Below, one piece after another: positions 10,801-20,641 of a stretch of 64,000 nucleotides of DNA. Position 1 is the first letter of the stretch; each line of letters starts with the position of its first letter. The translations under genes and the position numbers were made by a program. Below the pieces are notes generated by a model. The model did not search any database. It was not told the origin of the DNA and worked only from the letters and a program-made list of their open reading frames with translations. This DNA comes from an uncultured delta proteobacterium (lineage in GTDB: Bacteria > Desulfobacterota > Desulfobacteria > Desulfobacterales > JAFDCJ01): the NCBI GenBank assembly GCA_963769935.1, contig CAVYNY010000013.1, forward strand, positions 288,001-352,000, in the 5' to 3' direction.

Positions 10801-11540
10801 TCTTCCTCTCCGAGGTATATTTTTTGCGCCATCTCGTTGGCCCGGACCTCTTCCGGGCGGCCTTCCGCAATAATTGACCCCTGGTGCAAAACCGTGAGCC
10901 GCCTTGCATAGCCGAAGACAACCGACATGTCATGCTCGGTAAAAAGAATTGTCAGCTCCATCTCCTGATTCAGGCGTTTTACCAGTTTCATCGTTTCCTG
11001 GGTTTCTTCGCTGGACATCCCGGCCGTCGGCTCATCGAGGAAGAGCAATTCCGGCCTGCTTCCCAGCGCAATGGCCAGTTCCAAACGCTTTTTATCTCCC
11101 TGGGAAAGATTGCCGGCGATACGGTCGGCATGCTGCGCCAGCCCGGTAACCTCCAGCAGTTCCAGGGTTTCCGGTTTGGCCAGTCGATGCGCCGGTGTAA
11201 AAAAATTGAGCGTTTTCCTTTGCTGGGCCAGAATTGCCTGCCGAACATTCTCATAGGTTGTCAGGGCCAGATAAATATTGCTGACCTGGAAGGCCCGCGC
11301 AATGCCTAACCGGGCAATTCGATGGGGGGGCTGGTTGGTAATATCTTGGCCCTGAAAGAACACCCGGCCGGAATCCGCTTTATGGTAGCCGGTCAGCAGG
11401 TTAAAAAAGGTACTTTTGCCGGCCCCGTTGGGACCGATGATAGCGGAAATCTCCCCGGTCTGCATCTCGTAGTTCACATCGCACGTTGCCTGCAGACCGC
11501 CGAAGGCTTTGTTGAGATGTTCCACTTTCAAAATTACCAT
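10797..11540 (-). CDS. livG: ABC ATP-binding protein (LivG type)
   Basis: Start MVILKVEHL at 11540; GPNGAGKST, LDEPTAGMS, TEHDM. Confidence 0.92.
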   Translation of the reverse strand: MVILKVEHLNKAFGGLQATCDVNYEMQTGEISAIIGPNGAGKSTFFNLLTGYHKADSGRVFFQGQDITNQPPHRIARLGIARAFQVSNIYLALTTYENVRQAILAQQRKTLNFFTPAHRLAKPETLELLEVTGLAQHADRIAGNLSQGDKKRLELAIALGSRPELLFLDEPTAGMSSEETQETMKLVKRLNQEMELTILFTEHDMSVVFGYARRLTVLHQGSIIAEGRPEEVRANEMAQKIYLGEEE

Positions 11541-11565
11541 AGCACGATGTCTCCCTATCCAGCGA

Positions 11566-12507
11566 TTATTTCGCCTCGACGATATGATCCTTGCTCTCCA
11601 TGGTTTTAAACTTTGCCTTGGCCAGCCCCAGGACACCGCCCGGCAGGTATAGAACAACGAAGATAATCACCAATCCGATGGTCAGCGGCCAGTATTGGGT
11701 AAAACCCGTAACGAAGGCAAACAGAAAGGTGTAAATCAGGGAGCCGATGATGGGGCCCAAAAAGCCCATCGGCCCGCCGATGACGGTCATGAAAACCGGG
11801 ATGCCCGACTGTTGCCAGTTGCACAGGTCCGGGGCAATGCTGCGGTTGAACGGTCCCAACAGGCCGCCCGCCAATCCGGCGAACATACCCGCCAACGCAA
11901 AGTTGATGAGCATGTATTTGCGAACATTGATACCGATAAACCGGGTGCGGTCGGCATTCTCCCGAATCGTTCGCATGGTAAATCCAAAAGGCGATTCACT
12001 GATAAACCACATAACAATCAGGCCCGCAATAACTATAAAAAGGGTGAAGTAGTAATAGGCCGTCGCACTGTCGAGCCAGTCCGGGGGGACGATTCCCTGC
12101 AAACCATTGTCCCCGCCGGTAAATGCGTACCACTGAAATATGATATAATACAGCAGCTGCCCGAATGCCATGGTCAGAATGGCAAAATAGATCCCGGTCA
12201 GGCGCACACAAAAATAACCGATTACCAGCGCCAGCAACCCTGCCGTGACCATCGAAACCGCCAGGCAAATAGGAAGCGGAACCGACGCCTTGACCATCAG
12301 CAGGCCGGTGGCATAGGCGCCCGCTCCGAAATAGGCGGCATGGCCGAAGCTAAGCTGGCCCATGTAGCCGAAAATCATATTGAAGCTGACCGCAAACAAC
12401 CCTAAAATCAGGATCTCGATCGCGACGTGGACCCAGAACTCCCCGATAAACAAAGGCAATATAAGACTTACAACGAAGATTACCCCCAGCCACCAGTATC
12501 TAATCAT
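11566..12507 (-). CDS. livM: ABC permease (LivM type)
   Basis: Start MIRYWW at 12507; GQLSFGHAAYFG, TGGDNG, IRENADR. Confidence 0.9.
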   Translation of the reverse strand: MIRYWWLGVIFVVSLILPLFIGEFWVHVAIEILILGLFAVSFNMIFGYMGQLSFGHAAYFGAGAYATGLLMVKASVPLPICLAVSMVTAGLLALVIGYFCVRLTGIYFAILTMAFGQLLYYIIFQWYAFTGGDNGLQGIVPPDWLDSATAYYYFTLFIVIAGLIVMWFISESPFGFTMRTIRENADRTRFIGINVRKYMLINFALAGMFAGLAGGLLGPFNRSIAPDLCNWQQSGIPVFMTVIGGPMGFLGPIIGSLIYTFLFAFVTGFTQYWPLTIGLVIIFVVLYLPGGVLGLAKAKFKTMESKDHIVEAK

Positions 12508-12538
12508 GGGATTACACCCTTTTTTTGCACTTTTTGCT

Positions 12539-13423
12539 TTACGCCCTGGCAGGCGTCCCAAACAATCCCCACGGCCGAATGATCAATATAAAGGCGGTGA
12601 TGACAAATATCAGTACAAGGGCACCCTGGGGCCAGAAGAGGATCGAAAACGCGTACACTTCGCCGACAATGATCGCTGCCACAAAGGTTCCCAGCAGGCT
12701 CCCGAAACCGCCGATGACCACCACGCAAAACGCCTGGATAACGACCGCCATATCCATTCCCAGCGTAATCGATCCCACCGGCGCTTGGACCGCCCCGGCC
12801 AGCCCGGCAATGAAGATCCCCAGCGCAAAGACCCCGGTATAAATCCGGGGAATAGGGATGCCTAAAGCGCCCACCATCTCCCGGCTGAAGACCGCCGCCC
12901 TGACGATATGGCCGTAGCGGGTCTTCTTCAGGAACCACCACAGGCCGAAGGCCACGGCAAAACCGATACATATGACGAAGATAAAATAGGAGTCGAAAGG
13001 CACCCCGAAAATAAAAACAGGACCCGCCACCAGCGGCGGCCGGACAATCAATTTGTCTTCCACCCCCCAGAAAATTTTAATCAAATCGCCTAGAACCAGG
13101 ACCAGCGCATAGGTGAGCAGAAGCTGCTCGGGAAGCTCCCTTTTGTAAACGCGGCGGATTAACACCACCTCGATAACCCCGCCGATAGCGGCCAGGGCCA
13201 GGGCTGCCAGGATAATACTGAGCCACAGCCCAAAACCGTAGTCCTGCAGCAGATACCAGAAAGAGTAGCAGAGGTAGGCCCCCATCAGCCAAAAGGTCGC
13301 ATGGGCAAAATTCAGAATGTTCATCACGCCGAAAATAAGCGACAGTCCCGAGGCGATGAGGAACAGCATCATGCCCCGGGAAAGTCCGCTCATAAACTGC
13401 GCAAATATCATAGATGTATCCAT
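12539..13423 (-). CDS. livH: ABC permease (LivH type)
   Basis: GLSLIFGVMNILNFAH, VVIGGFGS, RPWGLFG. Confidence 0.9.
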   Translation of the reverse strand: MDTSMIFAQFMSGLSRGMMLFLIASGLSLIFGVMNILNFAHATFWLMGAYLCYSFWYLLQDYGFGLWLSIILAALALAAIGGVIEVVLIRRVYKRELPEQLLLTYALVLVLGDLIKIFWGVEDKLIVRPPLVAGPVFIFGVPFDSYFIFVICIGFAVAFGLWWFLKKTRYGHIVRAAVFSREMVGALGIPIPRIYTGVFALGIFIAGLAGAVQAPVGSITLGMDMAVVIQAFCVVVIGGFGSLLGTFVAAIIVGEVYAFSILFWPQGALVLIFVITAFILIIRPWGLFGTPARA

Positions 13424-13436
13424 GAGTCCGCCTCAA

Positions 13437-14673
13437 TTATTCAGACTTCCCGGCTCTGGCCGCCTCAATCTCCGCTTCGGGACGCCAGGAATCCGGGCCT
13501 TTGACCTCGACCAGATCATGGTAGATGGGGAAAGGATACCTGGGGTCATCGGCCACCACACCGAGGTAGGAAGAGCAGCTCAGCTGGTTGTCAATCTCAC
13601 GAAAATAGAGCCGGCCGCGGGTCGTATCGACGGTTGCCCCCTTGAGCGCATCCTTGACTTTATCGCTGTCGATGCTGCCTGCCTTTTCAATGCCCTGTTT
13701 CAGGACATACACCGCGTCATATTCCATTACGGCCCAGTCACTCGGATAGCGGTTGTAAACCTTTCTGAAGTTCGCTACAAAATTCGCCATCATGGGTACA
13801 TCCAGGTGGGCAAAAAAGGGCGCCCGGCACAATCCGACCAGACCGCGGGTAAGCGTTTTGGCTTCAATGATCAGCTCGGAGACACTGATCAACGATCCGG
13901 GATAAGGTATTTTGTCGAAGAATCCGTAGGCCGTCGCCTGCTGATTGAAGGCCACGTTGTCTTTTGAAGCCAGGGAACCGATTACAAAATCCGGCTTCTG
14001 GCTCATGATCGCCGTAATATAAGAGGTAAACTGCGTCTCGCCCAGGGCCGGCCAGTACTCTTTTTGCAGTGTCAATTCGGGTGCGTATTGTTTCAAGAGG
14101 GCCACCGTATTATTTTGGGTCGATCGGCCCCACTCATAATCCGAGGCAATGGTTATGTAATTTTTCCAGCCTTTCTTTTTGGCCAGCTGCAGCAACGCCT
14201 AAAACGACGGCCTTGGCCTGCATATAGCTGTTGGGAACCACCGAGTAGGTGTAAGGGCTGAAATTGACTTTGGTGATATTCTCCGAATTGCTGATGGCCG
14301 GAATATGAAGCACCTTGTGCTCCTGGGCCACCGGTTTTATGGCCACGGCACAGGCGCTGGAATAGGTCCCCAGAATGGTACGAACTTTATCCCGCAGGAT
14401 CAGGTCCCTGGCCTCGCGTACCGCAATGTCCGGTTTCGTATGGGTGTCGCGGATAAAGAGCTTGATGGGGTACTTGCCCAGGAATCCGCCCTGGGCGTTA
14501 ATCTCCTTCACGGCGAGTGAGATGGCGTCGATGCCGTCCTTGCAGTATAAAGCGCCGGTGCCGGTAATCGCCAGGTCGACTCCCAGATTATAAGTCTCCG
14601 CAGCCGGCGCCATGGCGGCGACCGCAATCACCATAAAAACACCAAGAAAAATTATAAAGCATTTACTTTTCAT
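13437..14673 (-). CDS. ABC substrate-binding protein (LIV-binding family), one frameshift near 14190
   Basis: 14134..14673 has signal peptide and EINAQGG..G; 13437..14195 has DYEWG, DFVIG; removing one base joins them. Confidence 0.85.
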
Positions 14674-14727
14674 TTCCTCCTCCTTGATTTGAATGTTGGC
14701 GGTTGGTTGGTTTAAGTTCCCATAATT

Positions 14728-14781
14728 TATAGGACTAATAGGACTAGATTATAGGGCCTATAGGACTTATAGGACCTATAG
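14728..14781. repeat. Nonamer tandem repeat TATAGGACY
   Basis: tataggact aataggact...tatagggcc tataggact tataggacc tatag. Confidence 0.85.
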
Positions 14782-14832
14782 AAAATAAGTAATTTGTCTA
14801 ACTGTTGTTGTCTATGGGCTCTGCTCTATGCC

Positions 14833-16371
14833 CTATAGCTTTGTTTGCCGGCCTTTCCAGTAGACTTCCCGCATCACCCGTTTGAGGGTTTTGCCCGCCA
14901 CGTTCCGGGGGAATTCATCCATGAAGACCACATCATGCACGCGCTGGAATTTGGCCGCCACCCGCTCATTGATCCAACAGCGCAGTTCGTCCGGCGAAAT
15001 CTCGCCGGGGCTGCGCAGCACAACCGCCGCCAGCGGAGTTTCCCCCCATTTATCATGGGGAATGCCGAAGACGGCGGCTTCCTGCACGGCCGGATGCTGC
15101 ACGACAATTTCCTCGATGTCTCTGGGATACACATTCACTCCGCCGGAGATGATCATGTCTTTAATGCGGTCCACCAGATACAGAAAGCCGTCTTCATCGA
15201 CATACCCCATATCCCCCGAGTGCAGCCAGCCGTCTTTGACGGCCGCGGTCGTCAAATCAGGCCGTTTGTAATATCCGGACATCAGAAGCGGCCCGCGGCC
15301 GCAGATTTCGCCGACGCCGCCGGCCGGGACCTCATTGCCGCTTTCATCCAAAATTTTCATATCGGAAAACGGCGTCGGCACGCCCACCGAGTCCGGCTTG
15401 GCGGCATAATCGAATTTATCCAAAACAGTTATGAAGCCCTCGGTTAACCCGTAGAGTTCGTAAAACCTTCCGGGCAATCGTTTATTGAGCGCTTCTTTAT
15501 GCTCCTTATGCAGGGGTGCTCCTAAAGAGAGTATCATCTCCAGGGATTTCAAGGCATCGAAGGAGAAATTGGGCGCATTCAAGATTGCAATAATCTGGGC
15601 CGGCACCAAAATGACATGGGTGACCTGTTCTCTTTGAATGGTTTCGATATAGGAGACCGGTTCAAACCCGCTCAGCAATATATAGGCTGCGCCCACATAC
15701 ACGGTGGGCATCAGATCGACAAAAGCGCCGTTAAATACGATGGCACCGGCGTGCATCGTAATGCTTTCCGGCGTCATTCGATACAAAGCAGCAAAGGTGG
15801 CTGCATACATTGCCCGAATGTAGTGGGTGTGGATAATTCCTTTGGGCAGGCCGGTGGTGCCACTGCTGTACATGATGTTAAAAGGGTCGGCATCCGTGAT
15901 GGTGCTGCCTTCCGGCTCCTGATCGCCGGCGGCGGCCTTGAGGGCATGATAGTCCTGAAAGCCGGTAATGCCGGAGGCATCCGTGAGAAGGTAGCGATCT
16001 TCGGCAATGGCCGGCAGTCCGGAGCGGATAGGGTTTATCTTTTCGACAAAACCGGCATTTGTAACCAGCAGCACCGAATCTGAATCCTGCAGCAGGGTTT
16101 GCATGGCTTTTTCAAGCAGCAGCGTGCTGAGCGGCACCACTACAGCGCCGGTTTTGGCAGCCGCCCAGTATACTTCAAGCAGTTCCAGGCAATTCGGCAA
16201 AATGGTCGCGACCTTGTCGCCTTTGCGAATACCAAGGCTTGACAGCGCATTGGCCAGCCGGTTGATGCTCCGGTTAAATTCAAGCCAGGTCAACCGCTGA
16301 TCGCCGAAAACGACGGCTAATTGGTTGGATCGATAGCGCGCATGCCGCGCAAAAAGCGAACCAATGTTCAT
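14833..16371 (-). CDS. Acyl-CoA synthetase / AMP-dependent ligase (class I adenylate-forming)
   Basis: YSSGTTGLPKG, YGLTE, GWLHSGDMG, DRIKDMIISGG, PRNVAGK. Confidence 0.93.
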   Translation of the reverse strand: MNIGSLFARHARYRSNQLAVVFGDQRLTWLEFNRSINRLANALSSLGIRKGDKVATILPNCLELLEVYWAAAKTGAVVVPLSTLLLEKAMQTLLQDSDSVLLVTNAGFVEKINPIRSGLPAIAEDRYLLTDASGITGFQDYHALKAAAGDQEPEGSTITDADPFNIMYSSGTTGLPKGIIHTHYIRAMYAATFAALYRMTPESITMHAGAIVFNGAFVDLMPTVYVGAAYILLSGFEPVSYIETIQREQVTHVILVPAQIIAILNAPNFSFDALKSLEMILSLGAPLHKEHKEALNKRLPGRFYELYGLTEGFITVLDKFDYAAKPDSVGVPTPFSDMKILDESGNEVPAGGVGEICGRGPLLMSGYYKRPDLTTAAVKDGWLHSGDMGYVDEDGFLYLVDRIKDMIISGGVNVYPRDIEEIVVQHPAVQEAAVFGIPHDKWGETPLAAVVLRSPGEISPDELRCWINERVAAKFQRVHDVVFMDEFPRNVAGKTLKRVMREVYWKGRQTKL

Positions 16372-16440
16372 TGTTTCCTCCGACGAAATTTCTCAAGCCG
16401 CACACATAAGGTGATCTAATACGGATGGCATCTTGCCGAT

Positions 16441-16491
16441 CTAAATGCCTAAATTGCCTAAAATGCTCTAAAATGCCTAAAATTTAGGCAT
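16441..16491. repeat. Nonamer repeat TGCCTAAAW ending in an inverted copy
   Basis: tgcctaaat tgcctaaaa tgctctaaaa tgcctaaaa tttaggca. Confidence 0.8.
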
Positions 16492-16560
16492 CCTATCATT
16501 CTCAATCCAACGACAATAACTACAGTTTTTTTCTTTATTTGATGTTTGTCCCCGTTTTGT

Positions 16561-16680
16561 CTCACCTTCTCAGCTTCTGACCTTCTCACCTTCTTTCTGC
16601 CCCCTGTCTTTACGATAGGCCCTATGCTCTATGCCCTCTGTCTTCTGACTTCTGTCTTCTGTCTTCTGTCCTTCCTGACT
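16561..16680. repeat. Three concatenated short-repeat arrays (8-mer CTCACCTT, 7-mer CYCTATG, 7-mer TCTGTCT) directly after the bdhA stop
   Basis: ctcacctt ctcagctt ctgacctt ctcacctt; ccctatg ctctatg ccctctg; tctgact tctgtct tctgtct tctgtcc. Confidence 0.85.
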
Positions 16681-17538
16681 TCAATACGTCAACACAACCC
16701 CGCCATCAAACAGCAAATCGCCGCCGACCAGATACCTGGCGTGTTTCGAAAAGCCGAAAATAAAAAGATTGGCCGCTTCGATCGGCGACATCATTTCCTT
16801 GATGCGCGAGGGGCCCATCATGACATCCCGCACGACGGCCTCCTGGGTAATTCCGCGCTGCTCGGCCTGGGCCGGGATCTGGTTCAGCGCCAGAGGGGTT
16901 TTGACAAATCCAGTGCTGATCGTAAAAGAGCGGATCCGGCCTTCTCCTTCCGCCGATATGGATTGGCTCAGGGCCCTTAAACCGAATTTGGTAATGTTGT
17001 AAACCGGTTTGTTTTTGGTACATATGTGGGCGTGGATGGAAGCCATATGGCCGATAACCCCGATACCATCGCTGCTTTGCTTCATGTGGCCGATGGCTAA
17101 TTTGGAAAGATAAAACGGTGCCCGCAGCATCAGGCGCTGCATCAGGTCGTATTTTTCCATGGGGAAATTTTCCACCGAATCAATGTGCTGGATGCCGGCG
17201 ATGTTGGCCACGTACCTGATGGATCCCAGTTTGGCGGCCTCGGATACGGCGCTTTCAATATCCGCATCCTGGGTCAGGTCGGTTTGGATAAAAATCATCT
17301 GTCCGCCCAGTTCACGGGCCAGATTCCGGGTCTTTTTACCCTCCTCTTTATTGATGTCCAGGCCCACGGTCATCAGGTTATTGGCGGCGGCGGCAATGGC
17401 CGTGGCCCTGCCGATTCCGGTGCCCGCACCGGTCACTACGCACACGTTGTCATGATTAAAACTTTGGTCTTCGAGAAAAAGAATTTCTTCCCGCTGAATA
17501 TGCGGTTCTCTTGTATCTGCAGGCTTTTGGGTCGGCAT
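16681..17538 (-). CDS. bdhA: D-3-hydroxybutyrate dehydrogenase-like SDR
   Basis: TGAGTGIG, AGIQHIDSVENFP, YNITKFG (YxxxK), GFVKTPL..NQIP; PHA-locus context. Confidence 0.75.
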   Translation of the reverse strand: MPTQKPADTREPHIQREEILFLEDQSFNHDNVCVVTGAGTGIGRATAIAAAANNLMTVGLDINKEEGKKTRNLARELGGQMIFIQTDLTQDADIESAVSEAAKLGSIRYVANIAGIQHIDSVENFPMEKYDLMQRLMLRAPFYLSKLAIGHMKQSSDGIGVIGHMASIHAHICTKNKPVYNITKFGLRALSQSISAEGEGRIRSFTISTGFVKTPLALNQIPAQAEQRGITQEAVVRDVMMGPSRIKEMMSPIEAANLFIFGFSKHARYLVGGDLLFDGGVVLTY

Positions 17539-17834
17539 GGCAGAACCCCTTAAAAATGGCTTAAGTTTTTAGACGATGACAGGAATTTTTTTGGATTTGC
17601 GGAGATAGAAACAGTCTGGTGCAAACTTGTGCAAATATCAGACCATGACCTATGGAATGATTGGATTTACCCGATCGTCATAGGCGAAGTGCAGGTAACT
17701 AATGAATACAATTCATAATTTTATTTGTTTTATAAATTTTAATTTGATTTTACTTGGCAGTAAAAACAAAAAATTGTATAAAAAATCGTCTCAAAAGAGA
17801 TACATGTCACTTAATGGAGACAGATAATGCCAAT

Positions 17835-18010
17835 TTCGGACCGGCCCGTCACGGCACGATGTTGCTGGATGAAGTGGGTGATCTGCTGCTCGAAATGCAG
17901 CTCAAGCTGCTGCGGGTTATCGAAGAGAAAGAACTTGAGCGGATCGGCGATAGCCGGTCGATCCGCTCGGATTTTCGGCTGATTCCCGCCGGCAACCGGA
18001 ATCTTGAAAA
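17835..18010 (+). pseudogene. Remnant of a sigma-54 enhancer-binding protein AAA+ domain
   Basis: HGTMLLDEVGDLLLEMQLKLLRVIEEKELERIG...SDFRLI..GNRNLE; no Walker A/GAFTGA, no HTH. Confidence 0.8.
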
Positions 18011-18150
18011 AACAGCGCGGCCTAAAATCGGCCTGGAACCGGAATCCTTCCCCCCCTCTGAGAAAGTAGAAATTTTGATACACTTTGTAGGTATCCGCCC
18101 CGCCGCCGGCCAGAAAAGCGGCCAATCTGATCGAAAAAGAAACATAATAG

Positions 18151-18260
18151 TTCACCGCAGAGCCCGCCGCCTCTGGCCCATAGGGCCTACGCCCCGGTGG
18201 GAGACCGCCGAGAAAGAAAATTTTTATTAATCTCCGCGCTCTCTGCGCTCTCAGCGGTGA
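18151..18260. repeat. REP-like palindromic element (TTCACCGCAGAG...CTCTGCG...GCGGTGA) carrying a 32-bp insertion
   Basis: Alignment with the copy at 60635. Confidence 0.75.
18169..18200. mobile_element. 32-bp GTAG-hairpin micro-element, copy 1
   Basis: gcctctggcccatagggcctacgccccggtgg interrupts cgcc|gagaccgc, which is uninterrupted in the copy at 60635. Confidence 0.7.
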
Positions 18261-18381
18261 GACACTTCGTAAAAATGGCATCAAATTTAAGGAAGTTTCA
18301 TATGAGCACCGCCTCTGGCCGCCAGCGTCCAGTCTGATCGGGAAAGAAACTATTATAGTGTCGTTTAATATAAGGCTGGAC

Positions 18382-18822
18382 TCATTTCGACTGCTTCTTT
18401 GGTGCCCGGGGCGGGCTCACCAGGGCTTCACCATCCACCACGGTGATATTCTCCTGATTGATGCAGTAAGTTTTGAGACGAACTTGTTTCTTGTCGGCTA
18501 TGATTTCAGCCACCTCGACGATGGCGGTGACGGTATCCCCGAATTTGACCGGTGCCCGGAAACTGACCTCCTGGCGCATGTAGACCGTTCCGGGCCCCGG
18601 CAGCATCGTACCGATGACGGTGGATATGAAGCTGGCCGACAGCATTCCGTGAACGATGCGGGTTTTAAAAAAAGTATCTTTGGCATACGCCTCATTGACA
18701 TGCGCCGGATTGAGGTCGCCGGTTACCCCGGCAAATAAATAGACATCGGACTCGGAAACCGTTTTGGAAAATTTGGCCGTGTCGCCCACCTGCAGTTCTT
18801 CAATTGTTTTTCCATTCATCAT
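18382..18822 (-). CDS. phaJ: MaoC-family (R)-specific enoyl-CoA hydratase
   Basis: FAGVTGDLNPAHVN hydratase motif, RIVHGML, LPGPG; PHA-locus context. Confidence 0.85.
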   Translation of the reverse strand: MMNGKTIEELQVGDTAKFSKTVSESDVYLFAGVTGDLNPAHVNEAYAKDTFFKTRIVHGMLSASFISTVIGTMLPGPGTVYMRQEVSFRAPVKFGDTVTAIVEVAEIIADKKQVRLKTYCINQENITVVDGEALVSPPRAPKKQSK

Positions 18823-18849
18823 CGATCCTCCTTGTCGAAAACCATAGCT

Positions 18850-18896
18850 TGAGTAAAGAATCCTGGCCCACAGAACCAGGTTTTCAATGTTGGAAT
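18850..18896. repeat. 47-bp dispersed repeat, copy 1
   Basis: tgagtaaagaatcctggcccacagaaccaggttttcaatgttggaat; homologous to 40389 and 60956. Confidence 0.75.
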
Positions 18897-19072
18897 GAAA
18901 TTGCGTTTTAAATGCCCACCGCGGCTGAGAACCTTCACCGTCAAAAATTCATACAGTCTTTTGCCGTCCTTTGTCAAATACCTGAATCGGGTCGGTTGAT
19001 TATTTCCGCGGCATTTAATTTTTTGATTTGATTTCATAACGTTAAATTAGTCATCCCTTATTTAATGCGGCA

Positions 19073-19088
19073 TGGCATCTTTCTTGCT
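19073..19088 (+). promoter_or_regulatory. Sigma-54 (-24/-12) promoter upstream of phaZ
   Basis: TGGCAT-CTTTC-TTGCT, GG-N10-GC spacing. Confidence 0.65.
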
Positions 19089-19198
19089 ATTTCTTACCGT
19101 CCAATGGAGATGCTTTTTTCGGCCGGATAGTTGACAGGCCGACTTTTCGTTTCATTGAACTTAACCATTCAATAAAGCAAGGAGTATGAATTAAAGAC

Positions 19199-20641
19199 AT
19201 GCCGGATTCCTTAATGACATTGTTTCCCTTTGTGCTCAACAGTCTTGAAGCCATGAAGATGCCGCTTCAGGCCTCCCTGGCATTCAATCAGGCCCAAATG
19301 CAATCGCTGGCCGCAAGCGTCGACATGTATAAAAACACCCAGGACCTGACTCTGAACTGGGCGCGCCGATATTCGCGCCTTTTGCCCACCGGATACCTTC
19401 AAAACGGCGACAAACTGCTGAAGCTTTATCAGGAGGGGGAGGCATCGCTGCTGGATTTGTGTAAAGAAAATATATTAAACCACCTGAGCCGATTTCAACA
19501 AAAACGTGCGGGCGAGCTGGAGTTTCTCAAGTTGTTCACCGATCAATGCAGCCGTCAGGAATGGCACGTCGAATACGACCCTTCGAAAATTCTGCTCGAC
19601 TTGCCCGGTCTGCGGGTGATCGACATTTCGGCGGATGTGCGGCATCGCATCTTAAACTATGGGGTTGTTTTTGCCCCGCGCGCCGGCCACCACTCCAACA
19701 TAGCCGAGCGGGTCGCTCTTTTCCTGCGTGATCAGGGACTGACCCGCATGGTGGTGGTGGAACAAAAATGCGCCGCCGACATCCCGCTTTATGTCGATGG
19801 TCAACGCCATCGGGAGGATTTTGAGGGTCAGGTCGACCAGTATCGGCAGGTGCTGGAACTCCTGAAACAGCGCACCGGACATTCACCCCATTTGATCGCC
19901 ATCTGTCAACCCGGACCCCTGCTGCTGAGCACCCTGATTTTATATCCGGAACTGGGCCGCACCTTCGGATCGGCCGGCTCCCCCATGCATACCGAAGCCG
20001 AAAAAGGATTCTTGACAGAATTTGCCCGTGCGGCCGGTGAAGCCTATATTGACCGGATGATTGCCCTTTTCGGCCACACCATCGGCGAGGATTATCCCGG
20101 TGCCGGACGGTTGACATACGATGGCCGGCTGCAGGTGCTGGGTTTTTATTTGATGGGCTGGGATCAACATTTCAAGAACTTCAAAGATCTTCTGAATGAC
20201 ATGAAAAAGGGAGACAGGGAAGCCGCCCGGCGTCAAAAAGCATTTTATCAGTGGTACAACACGGTGCATCACTTTCCGGCGGGCTTTATCCGCGACACTT
20301 ACAAAAAAATATTTGTCCAAAACGCCCTGATCCGCGGTCACCTCGAAATCGGCGGCCAAAAAGTGGATATTGCCGATTATCCGGTTCAGACTCCCATCTG
20401 GGCCTTGGGCGGCACGACGGACCCTATTGCTCCGCCCCTGCAGGCGGTCGGCCACATGGATTTGATGCCGGCCATGGCTCAGCAAAACCGCCTGCGTCTT
20501 TTATGCGACGCCGGCCACATGGGACTCTTCCGCTCCCAACGCATTTTAAAACAGTACTACCGCCGGATAGCAGATTTTCTCATTGACTCACAGCGACTAT
20601 GCCAACCGGGAGTTTATGTACTAAAAGGCACGAAGCATTGA
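19199..20641 (+). CDS. phaZ: Intracellular PHA depolymerase (PhaZa-type, Cys nucleophile) with N-terminal extension
   Basis: VFAPRAGHH, HLIAICQP (Cys), GGTTDPI (Asp), GHMGLF (His), matching the VCQP/GHYG motifs. Confidence 0.75.
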   Translation: MPDSLMTLFPFVLNSLEAMKMPLQASLAFNQAQMQSLAASVDMYKNTQDLTLNWARRYSRLLPTGYLQNGDKLLKLYQEGEASLLDLCKENILNHLSRFQQKRAGELEFLKLFTDQCSRQEWHVEYDPSKILLDLPGLRVIDISADVRHRILNYGVVFAPRAGHHSNIAERVALFLRDQGLTRMVVVEQKCAADIPLYVDGQRHREDFEGQVDQYRQVLELLKQRTGHSPHLIAICQPGPLLLSTLILYPELGRTFGSAGSPMHTEAEKGFLTEFARAAGEAYIDRMIALFGHTIGEDYPGAGRLTYDGRLQVLGFYLMGWDQHFKNFKDLLNDMKKGDREAARRQKAFYQWYNTVHHFPAGFIRDTYKKIFVQNALIRGHLEIGGQKVDIADYPVQTPIWALGGTTDPIAPPLQAVGHMDLMPAMAQQNRLRLLCDAGHMGLFRSQRILKQYYRRIADFLIDSQRLCQPGVYVLKGTKH

